From: Eremomyces bilateralis CBS 781.70
Taxonomy: Eukaryota
Reading direction: 5' to 3' (one strand)
Length of the DNA stretch: 64,000 nucleotides
Assembly: GCA_010015585.1 (NCBI GenBank)
Contig: ML975159.1
The notes beneath the pieces are model-generated. The model was given only the letters and a program-made list of their open reading frames with translations. It was not told where the DNA came from and did no database searches. This document shows, one piece after another, positions 31,734 to 44,239 of the stretch. Position 1 is the stretch's first letter, and every line of letters starts with the position of its first letter. The position numbers and the translations under genes are program-made.

Positions 31734-34333
31734 TCACGGATTGACCAACCGCTCGATGCCCACTCTCTTTCTCCTTTCTTCGTTACGACTCATGCCTCCA
31801 TGTGATCGTCGTGCGTTTAAGGCGCTGGTATCACCCATCTCCCCCTCCTTGGCTCTTTGGGGATGTCTATCATCCCCTAGGGCCGGCGAGATGTCTCCGG
31901 GTGACAGTATCAGAGGTGGGATGTCTATATTGGGTACGCGGGACCATGAAACCAGAATCGCCTCTGCGGAAGCGGAGTCAAGATGAACGGATGGAGGCCC
32001 AAGGCCCAGCCATCCACTTGTGTCCAGACATGTGTCGACTGTCAAAGCTGCAGACGACATGGCGGATGCCGATCGGCGGCGCGATTTAAATGCAGAACTC
32101 GTGTTATATATCCCCCCTGGCGCCGAAAGCGGCGGAGCAGTGGGAGGTACACCTGAAGGACCTGGGAGGCCTGATTCCTCTGCTGCTCTTCGGATCAATT
32201 CAGCGAGCGACTCGGCCATCTGATGGGTTGATGACATTTCATGCAGCATAGATGTTGCGAATGAGATTATCTCGTCTCTCTCTTCTGAATGGCGTTGAAA
32301 TGGTAAATCATGCGACTGATGGGAGTTGGCCCAGTCGGACGCCTGGTATTCGAATGCTGCGAATGCACCCTCTGTGAGTATGCAGCACCAGTACGCTAGA
32401 ATGACATGCATATGTCTGCTGCTGTAGAGATTCTGGAACAATTCCAGTGTTCGTCGACCATCCCGTGTCATAGATTTGATTTGGGCTACTATAGACCCGG
32501 ATGTATCACGTCGGTGGAGGCCCTCGGAGTGTGAGAGGAGGGGTCTCAGGAGTAGTACGACCGACCCAACGTAAGAGACTCTGAACGCGAGCAGCTCGGG
32601 TAGCTGTTCCTGTGCCGCCAGCTGGGGTCGAGGAGCAGAATAAAGCTGCTCGATGTTCCCACGGGACTGGTCAAGCTTCTCTGCCAGGCGCATGAATTGG
32701 CGGGCTCGGGCTTCTGCACCAAGATTATGTTCGCAGGGAGCATACCAGTATTCCGAGATGGACCCTGAAGTTTCCTGGAGTTTTTGTAGCATCGACGTAT
32801 CTTTCCCCAAGGCAGTTCGACCAATCCTGGCAGTATTGGAGTCGTAAGGAAAACGATAAGGCCACCAATAGTCAGGTTCATTCTCGATCCACCGCAGATC
32901 TTCCATTTCTGCAGTTGAATAACCAGAAGTCCAAGTGAACAGTGGCGGGGAATATGTAACGGCACCGAGCATCCTGGTCGTTGCGCCTATGCGAGAAGCT
33001 ACGGCCCTCTGTTGTCTATCAAGGCGACTTGGACCGGCTGAAGAAGAGGTGCCGACGCGCAATTTTGCGACAAGCTCCATAGCACACTGAAGGAAGCTCT
33101 TTCCCCTCCGAAGGCTTGCATTGCTCTTTTCGTACAATGCAAGCAACACGTATGCCGTAGAGTGGGACAGCATAAGGGCAGCGCAGGCCTCGAAAGGTGC
33201 ATCGAGTTCACGCAACGCATGCTCGGCGAAGTAGATGCCCACTCCGGCGAACTCGGCTGAGTCGGTGGCACTGCCTCTAGGTCTGGACCGGCTTCTTGCA
33301 CCGCCTCGCACGTCTCTCTGGGGATCACTGAGCATAAGGCTGCCCAGTGCACAAGCTGCGGAAGTTAGTGCGGTCGAGCTGAACCTTTTGCCGTCGGGAT
33401 GGCCCATCGAGTTCTTGTTTGATATTGGAAATGCCGAGTTAGGTACAATAGGACTGATGGGACCCCACCAGGTGCAATACAGCGAGAGTAAGTGGTCTAT
33501 TAGTTCCACTGATGCTCCATTTCCACCTCTAGGCTGGTCGTCTATATTGAGGGTGAAGCTTGTGGTAGACGCCATACTCGGTAGTGACGGAACTGAGCGT
33601 TGCGATGCGAATGTTGGAAGGCTTGGCATGCCCGGAAAACTTAGAGTCGAAGAAGGCAACAAGGTAGTGCCTGTGGAGTTTGGATACGGAGTATACACCT
33701 GCGTCGGGCCGAGGTCAAGCATCTGAACAGACGAGGAGCGTTGCTGAGTACTATTCTGGGGTGGCAAAGTCGGTATAGGGGGGCTCGAAAAGGTTGGCCT
33801 GGTATCCTCTACGGAATCACTCTGATCCCTAGGTTCTGTAGGCGCCAGACCGAGGATCTGCTCCGTGCGGTGCACACAGTTAATCAGACTTGTCTGCGGT
33901 TGTCGATTCGAGGGCGCCTCTGCGGTTGCAAGTGAAGATGTACCTTGGTCTTTTGATCCTAGCTCATTTAAACGTGCCATGAGGTCTTGATTTTGAGCCT
34001 CCAACTGTCTGATCTTTCGAACCATTTCTTCTTTGACAGTTTTGACGTGGACTTCGTAATGGCAGGATATCTCAATTCTTCTCGAAGCGCACCGAGTGCA
34101 AGGATTTGGGTCATTTCCATCACACTTTTAGGGTGGTCAGCGAACTCCACACAAAGTGCCTGAAAAGGGCGGCAGGCGTTAAGAGAGCAAAAGTTGCAGG
34201 GAAATAAATGTAAGGGCCTCGAAAGGTCGCGTACCTTTGCTCTCGCTTTCTTGCAGTTTGTACAGGCGTTAGGGGAAACATGGGCTGGAGTCTTCCTCTT
34301 TCGGGACTTGCTCTCTGATCCGTCAGAGGCCAT
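31734..34333 (-). CDS. Zn(II)2Cys6 transcription factor (NirA-like architecture); exons 34333-34235 and 34124-31734
   Basis: Spliced cluster NACTNCKKARAK|CDGNDPNPCTRCASRRIEISCHYEVHVKTVKEEMVRKIRQLE, followed by a coiled coil. Middle homology-like region LIDHLLSLYCTW...FSSTALTSAACALGS. Intron GTACGC..AAG. Confidence 0.88.
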
Positions 34334-37300
34334 GATGCCGACCTTCCTGTTCACAGAGTTGACATATAGTGCAAGTTGATATGCGCTGAAATCAGCGGCG
34401 CCACACATTCCTTCTTTTATCTGTTGAGGAAGGCAAGAATCGATATTAGCTCTTTTGGAAAATAGCAAAGCGGGAAGAGACTTGTGGGATTAGATATTTG
34501 AATATGAAATCTGCTAAGTGTCATGCTCGATGTGAAAAGCATGGCAAACGATAAGCAAGGGGTATAGTTTCTTCGCAAAGGAGATTCGAGTCGATTTTGA
34601 GGTTTTAGCTGTTGAACAGAATATCTGTCTCGTGTGCCGGTATAAAGAGTATGTGTTGTGATCGCCAGTACACTACTTCGGGCCCTTTACATCATCAGCT
34701 GTTAAGACTAGAAAAGATAGAGTAGAACAAGGGAATAAAAATGTATTGTTCAAGGAAGGGTTTACTGTACGTTGGGCAAATGCTCCAAGTTCTCGACAGA
34801 ACAATAGCAACCACTCGCCAAAGCTTAACGACAATGCTACTTACCGCGTCAGCGAGAAAGACGACCCACAGCTTCCCAGTAAGGATTGATCTTCCGCAAG
34901 ACTCCCATCAGAATAGCTTTGGGTCACGTCCGATTTTCTATACTCCCCGGCAGGACAATGGATACTCATGCAACAGTGCATAGTACATGGGCAACTTAGG
35001 ACAATGCCAGAGACAATGGGAAACGCTAAACAAAAATAAGCTTCTGTATCCGATTCATCGATCGCACGAGCGGAGAATACCCTTACCGTGTTAGCTTTCT
35101 GATCCATATTGATGTCGGTGAAGTCGTGATACGATGTCAACAAAGCGTTCGCATATGTTGGGAAGCTAAGATGGAAAGCTAGGGAAGGCAAAAAAGGCCG
35201 CGGTCTTGACGTAATTTGGATCCTCGGGACTTAAGGGAGTAGTAGGTTTTGGAGTCCTAATTGGAGGAAGATAGCCAAACAACGATGCATCTAGATCGGC
35301 GTGACCGGAGGCATGAGCGGTCAACACTCAATCAGGGAGTTCTTTGTCAGTTGCCAACAACCACGCGGAAGAGGGTTTCGTCTGGATCGGTGCTCGCTAC
35401 GGCAAAGTCTTAGATGTTTAAGCGAACCACATACGACGTTGGAGATGATTGCCACGCCATTTTCCATAACAGAAACGCCTTGGACAGCAATTGGGGGTAG
35501 GCATAGTGCTCAGTGCCCAACTCGAGCCTAGACTCCAATTTCAAGGTCTGGAATGATAATCCCGAAGGCCCGAACAAATCATACAGCCCCTTTCCCATCG
35601 GCAGCCTGCTCATACAGGACGGCGGACATAAAGATCCAGGGCTTTCGATCAAACTTGCCATCGCGGCATGCGTCATTGTGGAGGGTGGACGATGCAGATC
35701 ATGAACAGGGTGGAGGCGGGACAGGATGTGTCGTCCTGGGTAACTGGGTTCCTGGTGAAGCAGCAGCAGGTCCTTTGTCAAAATCGCATGTATCAGGAAA
35801 CCGTGTACCTCGTCGGGCAAGGAAAATTCATGTCGTTCTCATGTGAATTTACTCTCCTTGGGACACGGTATATCGTGCAGTCGCTTCTTAAACGGCCATT
35901 GTGGTTGTTCTGTAGAGGAAAAAAGGTTCCACGACACATGAATTTGTCAATTTGAAGTTGGACTTTCCCAGTTGTCAGCAAGGATGCTCGGCCCCCGGGC
36001 TAACGATGAAAGGATAAGCATGCACGACGCGACGCGACTCCTGGCTGGTACCATTGACTGGCCTGCAGATCAACGGAAGTCTCTCCTATTCTATGCCGAC
36101 CAATTATCAGCAGTGGAATTCACCAACCTAATGCCCCGATGCGAACGATAGGACAACCATTGTTGTTAATGTTATAGAGTAAAACCGCCCAAATGGTAGT
36201 TTCGAATACATCAGTCCTAGAAGATCCTATCCTTGTGGCGCCGAATGCGTCATGGTGGTATTATGGCTCCGCTACCTTGTCGGATTTGATAGAGAGGCAT
36301 CAGGAAGAACTCGAAAATAAGAGGTGACTGGACACTTGGGCCCAGGACTTTAATCGCGATTATTGACGTATCATAATGAAATACTAATACCTGTAAAGAG
36401 CCTACCGGTAGGAATCTCCGGAGGCTGGTCCAACCTTTCCAGTTTCGACTATTAATTAATTAAGACCAGGGACAACAAAGGATGATCTCTAAAGTCTAGC
36501 CTGGTCCTTCAAGCTGACCGACCAGATCCTTGAGATAGGGCTGACGCCTCCGATCCGATCCAAAATGAAACAAAGCACTCATTATTATGTAGGTAAGTAG
36601 GCTAACTCACCAGCTCTTGATTCCTCGCTCCCAACTCAAAGTACTCACACCTCGAGCAACCTCCATCGGCAAGCGTACAGCATGCATGCATATGCATCCT
36701 GCACCGCTTCAAGGAAGCCAAACCGCTAGAGCTCAGCGGCACTGTGACTGGAACCGAGAAAGGCCATACGATGCGACGAATGTGCTCTGAGTTTTAAGTG
36801 GTAAGGTATCCATGCTTTTCACGAGCGGGAAGCCCTATATCCTCGGGGTGTCGTGCATCTTGCATACATTGAAGCCACCTTCTCCTATGCCGGAGGAACT
36901 TCCATGGGGTCCTACTCGCGGACTGCATGCGAGTTCATGATCACTACACCGGCAACGTGCAATAATGCAGCCCATCGGGGGCCTTGACATTGGACAAAGT
37001 CATTTTGCGGTCATTGTATGAAATATGGTATTACAAAGGTGTTGAGGAGTGTTTCACAGCAGTGGACTGATGCTGACGTGGTGTGCTAATAGTTGCATTG
37101 TTACTTCCGTACTCCATATGGAAATATTGGTTGAGCGGCGTATGACTTCGTTTGAATTCATAGATGGTTGCATTCTCGCTTCGGCGTGTGTCGCGCGTGT
37201 TGACGATTCTGAATGAATAAATGAACAGTATCGGGATATATAGTAAAGAGCTGGGTGTTTATGATTCCAAAATAGTCAAAAGAACTGTAGGTATCCGTGC

Positions 37301-37768
37301 TAAGGTACTTTACTTTACCTCACTGGAAACGACCGCCTGAGGAGAATGCGCCCTCTCCAGCTAGGACATCCAAGGTTTCTGCCTAGTACTAGTTAAGTTC
37401 ATCAACAAGATCTCTGACGGAGTCATCATTGTACACAGATCAATGATATTTGGCGTCGAGTATAGGAATTAATAGGGAACGCAATGGAAGAAGGATAATG
37501 AGGTCATCGTGCAGTATATGGCTAAACCCAAAACGGTTAGACTATGTCATTATAATTCAGGTACTCTCAATTCAGGTACATATTATTATCTCCTGTGTAC
37601 GTAGGCTGATAGCCAAAGCGACAAGTAATCATGGAGGAAATGGCTCCGAGACATATTCTTCGCTTCACCATGTCTTTTATACTTTCCCGGTACTTCCTCG
37701 CTCTCACGCACCGCTGATTCAATCGAAATGGTACATTGGTGACGAACATTGGTAACCTCCAAGCAGTC

Positions 37769-39683
37769 ATGGCACAACCGTACGTGAACAATTCACAGTG
37801 GCAAGAAAGTACCAGATATGGATCTTCATCTGACATGATTTCGCCCATTAGGGATATCAAAGGATCGTACCTACACTGGGACTCGATCAGTCCGGAGGCG
37901 GAACGCCTGCATCAAGAGAGCATCGACGTGAAGCGTAATACTCCCCACTGCTGTCATAATGGCTAATCGGTGTCACAGTACCTTATCAGAATATGGCCGT
38001 CTATCCGAGATCGGAAGGCAGACTCTCAGACTTGGGGTGATGAGGTAGGCTATACCCCGAACGCACCCATCAGCAATCTAACCACCAAGCCAGGTGGAGT
38101 CTCAGCTTGTGAAATTTGACGCCCCCGCTCGCGAAGTGCATCTGTCATTAAAACAAGATGAAGTGCTCGCGAAAGTCGGCAACAGAGATGATGTTGGGTT
38201 ATTCCAGCCCGAGTACGGGAGGTATATGGTTGAATCCACGCCAACGATACCCTATGGGAGCTCTCCTTCCGCACTCACTAAAGTGGAAAATAACCTCAGG
38301 ACCCGTCGCAAGACGATTCAGTCGTATTTGGGTGATGACGAAGCGCTGCTGACACTGTCATTATTCCCCTTGTTGCATCTGAAAGAGCTGAGGAAAGCGA
38401 TTCGGGCACCCCTGGATCGAAATGACAGTGAGGTTTACACTGAAGTCACTGCAAGTGGCAAATACGTTGCAGGACGCATAAATATCAAGGCCAGGCGCAA
38501 CAAACCGGTCGATATAGAAGTACCTGTTTTCCAAGACACGCACACATCGAAAAGCACCAAAATCTTGCTCGAAGATACCATCTTCGGTGCCGGAGGCTGC
38601 GGTCTGCAGGCGACCTTCCAAACGGAGACTCTCGAAGACGCTCAATTTCTACACGATCAACTTGCCGTAATCGGACCAATCATGTTAGCGTTGACTGCAT
38701 CGACGCCGATATACAAGGGAACTCTTGCCGACACGGACGCACGCTGGGATCAAGTCGCAGGAGCGGTCGACGACCGCCAGGTGCACGAAGCGTCAGGGCA
38801 TGGCTACCATAAACTCAAGAGCCGCTGGTCACTCTGTCCGATGTATCTCGGTCCCTTGGACCCTTTGGACGGAATCGACCACTATCTGGACCCGCATACG
38901 GAACAACAGAACCGTCAGATCCGGGATCTGCTGGTCTCTGAGGGGATGGATCCGGTCATGGCCAGTTACTTCGCCACCCTCCATGCTCGAGACCCGCTTT
39001 ATCTCCACAGTCAAGACCACACCGTCGACAGCGTCACGCCCGAGGACGTGCACCGCAGCATTTGCGCGAGCGTCTGGAGCCACGTGCGACTGAAGGTCCC
39101 AGAGCCGGAAGAAGAGCAAGGGTGGCGGGTCGAATTCCGCCCCATGGAAGTGCAACCATGTGATTTTGAGAATGCGGCCATGTTGGTCTTCTTGAGCTTG
39201 CTGAAGCAGGCCTTGGGGTGGGATCGCAGCAGCAGTTCGCGTCAGACGGCGCGGCAGTGGTACATCCCGCTGACCGCCGTGGAAGAAAACATGTCGCGAG
39301 CGCACTCGAACAACGCGGTCCTCACGGAGAAGTTCTGGTGGCCGACGAGAGGACCGAGTCCGGGGAAAATAGAGCTGACAGTGGACGAGATCATCAACGG
39401 GACGAGCGAGGGAAGCGATGGTCTGATCCCCCTTGTAGAATCCTACCTGAACCACGTTCGTCTGGATGATAGCATTCCCGAGGCGGACTCCAAGTCGCAC
39501 ATGGAGCAGGTTCAGAAGTACATCGACTTTGTACGACGGCGTGCCAGGGGCGAAGTGCCGACTCCGGCGCAGTGGATCCGGGGAATGGTGTCGAAGCACC
39601 GAGATTACAAGCAGGACTCGATGATTTCGCAAAGCGTGTGCTATGATCTTATGAGGGCATTCCAGGAGCGGGGGAGGGGGTAA
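37769..39683 (+). CDS. Divergent glutamate-cysteine ligase (GCS/Gsh1-family catalytic subunit)-like protein; exons 37769 (or 37835)-37927, 37979-38044, 38094-39683
   Basis: Spliced ...LHWDSI...YLIRIW...TWGDE|VE; FQPEYGRYMVESTP; LALTASTPIYKGTLADTDARW...AVDDR; RDPL; GWRVEFRPMEVQ..DFENAA; RRARGEVPTPAQWIR..V..H.DYKQDS. The first donor (GTGAAG) is weak. Confidence 0.88.
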
Positions 39684-39973
39684 CGACTGTTGAATAGATA
39701 TATATATCCTCGTACACATTCTTAATATTGGTATACACCGTTTCTTCCCTGGAGATAATTCAGTCTTGTAAGTCAAGGTTGGGCTCCCTCGTGAGCAGGA
39801 ACATGAGGATGCGATGGAAGGTCTCGCAAACGAGAACCAAATAGCAATCAGTTGAGGATCCACTCCAGTGTTTGAATGCATCCATAAATATCGTGTTGAG
39901 AATCGTAGCTATTTGGACACTGGTTCAGTGTCCCAGGGATTGCTGTTGGAGGACGCCAGTCCATGCCAAAACA

Positions 39974-41573
39974 TTAACGCCTCTTGTTATTGAGAATGGC
40001 GCGGATCTTCGGGAATTCCAGAGGAAGTTTGAGCCTCGCCATTCGATGCGTCGACGCGTCCGCTTTGCTTTTGATTCCCCATTTCTTGTACTCGTTTTCC
40101 GGCACGCTCTTGACCTTGCAACCGATTTCACGGAAGTATTGGGTCATGCTACGCGAAGCGTTAGTGATGAATCACGAGTTCCTGGAGCCGAACTTACTCT
40201 TGGTTCTCCAAATGCAGATCATTTCGAATATCAAATGTGTCCGTGTCGAATTCATCTATGATCAGAGTAAGGGCTGCTATATGGGTGATGAGCAGATCCA
40301 AGTGCCATCGAGAGACGTCCCTGCTGGAAAGTTAGCGTCTGTGAATGATGCAATTCCCACGGCAGACACGGGATAGGAACCCACCCTCGATCTTCGGAGA
40401 ATTTCCTCTTCGACTTTTCAATCAGGTCCTCGCTACCATCGGACAGACTCGAAAGAAGGTCTTCTTTCTTCGGCCACCGCTTCATTCTCTTCCCCTTCTC
40501 CTGAATTTTCTGATAGACTTCGACCAGGAAAAGCAGATATCGCAGGCACTTCAATCGCTTGATATCTCCACCATCAACCAACTCCTTGAGTCGACGGGCC
40601 ACGTATTGGCTGCCGAGCTGGACGTCGTTGCCCGCTTCGATTGCTTCGATCCACGGCTGCACAGTAACATAACTCATAAGCTCCTGGCCAATGACTGACT
40701 CAGGGGTGTAGACCATGTCGGCTGTTTCAGCGTTGAGATTGGCGTCAGGTCGTGGTTTGGCCGCATCAATTTCCAATTGCAATGTCTCTCGCGACGTTGC
40801 GGCGGCATCGGTTTTCGGCATGGCAGCGAGCATAGCCTTCACCAACGGATCGTCGCGATCGAGTTCGGCCTTCGGGCCACCGAGAACCGTGCCTTGCGCA
40901 AGCGCATTGGAGGCTTGCGCTTGAAGATGTTTCTTGGTTTTTACCGTTCCGAACTCCATTCCCAACTCTCGTCGCAACTCGAAAGCCTGGAAACCATTAA
41001 AAACAGGAAAAGGCCAGGGTCCAACGCGCCTCACCTTATGGAATGATTTCCCGTCAGCATTTTCTGACTCAGCTGGCGCCGGCTTTTCTCTCAAGGAGCC
41101 TCGCACAATGAGCTTCCGCGCCGGAACGATCTTCAAGGTGTTGTCGTTTGAATCATATACGCCGACGTAGTGGGTCAAATCTTTGCCTATGGTGTCGTCC
41201 ACATCTGCCGTTGCCGTGTAATCAATCCGCGGGTGCTGCGAAGATTGTAGGAGAAGGTCATGTCCTCGAGATTCAGCGGGCTGTCCTCTTCGTCGTGATC
41301 GTCGTTCGCGCTTGTATGGCTGGAACGCAAGCTTGGGATTCAAGGCGATTCCGGCGGATTCGGCTGGTAATATGTAAGTACGAGTCCGGCCATGGGCACC
41401 AAAGTATATATCTCCGTACCGATAACGGGGCAAACAATGTCTGCATCTTCGTATTGAACCTTCAACTTCCCGCTTTCGCGTTTGTCCTGGAGCGACACTC
41501 TTTTACTCGGATTGCTTCCTGTGTCACTCGTCCTTTTGCGCTTCTTGGCCGGGGCTTGTGAGGATGAATTCAT
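39974..41573 (-). CDS. RPA49: RNA polymerase I subunit A49 (RPA49/PAF53); exons 41573-41420, 41363-41035, 40986-40385, 40323-40198, 40148-39974
   Basis: LLLQSSQHPRIDYTA, HYVGVYD, LGMEFGTVKTKK, KPRPDANLNA...VY; spliced C-terminus WHLDLLITHIAALTLIIDEFDTDTFDIRNDL...QYFREIGCKV...ARLKLPLEFPK. Confidence 0.9.
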
Positions 41574-42045
41574 GATCAGTGTAAATACCAGCTTTCCCGC
41601 TCCAAGATATCTCAAATTGAGGTCTGCAGAATTCCGTGGCTCGCTGGATTCACGACTCTAAAGAGTTGTGCCAAATATTTTCAATTCGAGGAACGAAATC
41701 TTGGCGCTCAGGGTGCGGGAACGTGGCGGTGCATGTGGAATTGGATGTGAATTGTGGCGGTGCAATGACGTCGAACTAAGGAAGGCGCGACTGAACGTCT
41801 ACTGTGGTGATCAGATCCAGTGGAACAACTTAAACTTGGATATTTACCAAGATTTCTTCCCATTTGCAGGTTCATGTCTCTCGTTTCTCGTTGAAATTGA
41901 AGCGTTGGAGATGGTTCCTACCGAGTGCCTTGTCTAGAGTCCCTTCTTTTCCGTCTTGCACTACTGTGTACTACGTTCGATTGTACAATCTCTATCCTTC
42001 TGGTTCACCAGATATAATTCTACGCATTCAGTCAGTACCTGGACC

Positions 42046-42831
42046 ATGGCGAGCATCGTGAGCGGCCTACAAGGGCTACTTGGTGGCTTTCAAGAGAAAG
42101 CTATGGCGGTTGTAGACGCCCTACTGCCGCCCCAAAAGAGGACCGAACTTTTTGATAAGATCAAGTCGTTCACTGCCGAGAATCCCAAGATTGCGGTACG
42201 TATTCTTATTCATAGCCACCCGGCTCGCCATTGGTGCTGACAGTACTCTTAGGTATTCCTACTCGCGAACGTTGCTTTAAGCGGACCGCCTCTCTTCCTC
42301 TTCGCCGTCTTCACCCTCTCCGTCTTCGTATTTACCCTCATATTCGCCTTACTCGTAGCCGTTCTCGTCGCCCTTCTCTTCACGGCGTTCATGCTCGTAG
42401 TTGCCTTGGTATTTATCCTACCGACTGTGTTCATCACGACAATGGGAGCTTCTTTCCTGTTCCTATGGGGCTTGGGCGGCTACTATATCTTCAAGTGGTT
42501 CAACGAGGGGGCATCGCCAGCGCCATTAGGAGCGGCGCTCGGCGACAAGCTCAACACGCTGATGGGAGGGCGGCTGGATTTCCTCATGAAAAATGCCCGC
42601 GCCGCATCGAAGCCGAATGGGAAGACTGAGAACGGATCTGCGGACGAGAAATCAGGGCTCCTGAGCGATAATTCGAACAAGGCATCAAATGGTGGTGTTA
42701 CCGACGCAGCGGATGTGAAAAAAGGACCCCCGAAACTCAACAAAACCGCAAACGTCGATGGGGTGTCGAAGAAGACTGCCGGAGCTACCGATACCGTGAA
42801 AGGGGTAACTGGTGGAGTGACGTCAGGGTGA
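42046..42831 (+). CDS. Promethin/LDAF1-like lipid-droplet membrane protein; exons 42046-42195 and 42253-42831
   Basis: Intron GTACGT..TAG gives ...FTAENPKIA|VFLLANVALSGPPLFLFAVF... then an uninterrupted hydrophobic stretch of about 80 aa ending FLFLWGLGGYYIFKW. This architecture is typical of fungal promethin-family proteins. Confidence 0.75.
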
Positions 42832-44239
42832 ACGTAATGTCTGCGTGTCCTGTCCGGATGATTTGGAGTTGCGTACAGGTTTCCTTATCAGACAACACGT
42901 ACGAGACAAGGTGCGTGGTTTCGACTTGATTTCAGATGAATTGCGAGCGTGTTATTGTGCAACTACACGATGAAATTCACCGGCATGGAGTTTGGCGATC
43001 TCGGCATGATTGGCCATATGCGCATGCAACAATGTTGCTGTTATGCGTATCCCGATTCGTTTAAAAGCGGATTCTTGAATGACAATGCAATGTTGATAGC
43101 GACACTTGGTGCCATGGTCCAGAATCCGGTGCATGAGCCCATCCAGTCCACCCGCCTGGAACAAATAATGCCAGACAATACGGATCTACCCCCTATTCGC
43201 ATCCGATGACTGAGTTGACGCTGTAAGTAAAGCCGATTTAACACTTCTGAACTGGAAGTCCTCCACACGAATTGCCCATCCACACATCACCCCGCACTCA
43301 GGGTCGCTGGATTCGGATAGACGCACACCTGCCGTCGAGGGTAGCACTGAGCCTCCGCAGTTGGTCCCAATGCAGGTCCCCGGTAAATCCCAGGTCTGAA
43401 GGGGTTTGGACGGGGGGTGGTCGGGAAGAAAGGCTACGGTACTAAACGGATGGAGTCGAAATACCGATGTAGATGAGCTAGATGCCTTCGAGCAGGCACT
43501 GACTATGTATACTTATTAGCTATAGTTATTAATACAACTCCTGCTTAGGCATGGACAAAGGAGGAGGGGATAGGGGAGAGGGAGAACTGAAGCTATGGTT
43601 GATGAGGGGACACTGACAGGCTTAGGAACAACCTTCACAGATCGCGTTGAGATTTTAAAGACACCAATGGATATTCATGATCGTGGATAGTATCCCGTGC
43701 TTCCTGCACAATTACAGGAATTTACCTGAAGGACATCTAGGTCTTTGAGTTGCACTATGGATAACGCTGCTGGGGTGTGATTGTTTATACTAATCGAAAG
43801 TTTCTATTATACCATAGTCAAAGACAATCAAAAACATTCTGGAAGATGGAAACGGAGATGGAGTTGAATGTAACATTGCCTAGGATCGGGAAGATATGCA
43901 AGCTCCCACCGCCTGGTGGTAAAAATCTAGGTGAGTGCTTGCAGCGACTGGAAATTCAGTCGCAGGTAGTAGGATAGACGCGACTCCCATTCTGATATCA
44001 AAGAACGAGCAAAAGCTTTCATTTATATATCTTCTAGCCACGTGCCCTCTCTGCTGTTGTGATAATTACCTGAGGAATAATAACAGAATTGAGGTGTGGC
44101 GGGCAGAGAACTGAGCGCTCGGGTCGATATTGGATATATCGTGAGTGTTCTCGCACTATCCTTTCTCTTCCACCAAAATCGATCACAACCCCTTCTTTGT
44201 TCTTTCATCACAACGTACAATGATCAAAGGATAACTGAA

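Noticed and set aside
34841..35981. Overlapping 60-136-aa ORFs between the C6 factor and the GCL-like gene
   Set aside because: No motifs and no consistent splice model; treated as intergenic.
38006..38015. CCG-N4-CGG match (CCGAGATCGG) near the GCL-like 5' end
   Set aside because: It lies inside coding exon 2 and is most likely chance.
38829..39881. 350-aa minus-strand ORF
   Set aside because: Antisense shadow of the GC-rich GCL-like CDS; no ATG start and no recognisable motifs.
43190..43470. GC-rich stretch superficially like a structured ncRNA (CGCTGTAA resembles a fungal SRP RNA start; GGAAGTCC resembles an RNase P motif)
   Set aside because: I could not find the remaining conserved helices or motifs of SRP, RNase P/MRP or U snRNAs. 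An Infernal/Rfam scan would settle it.
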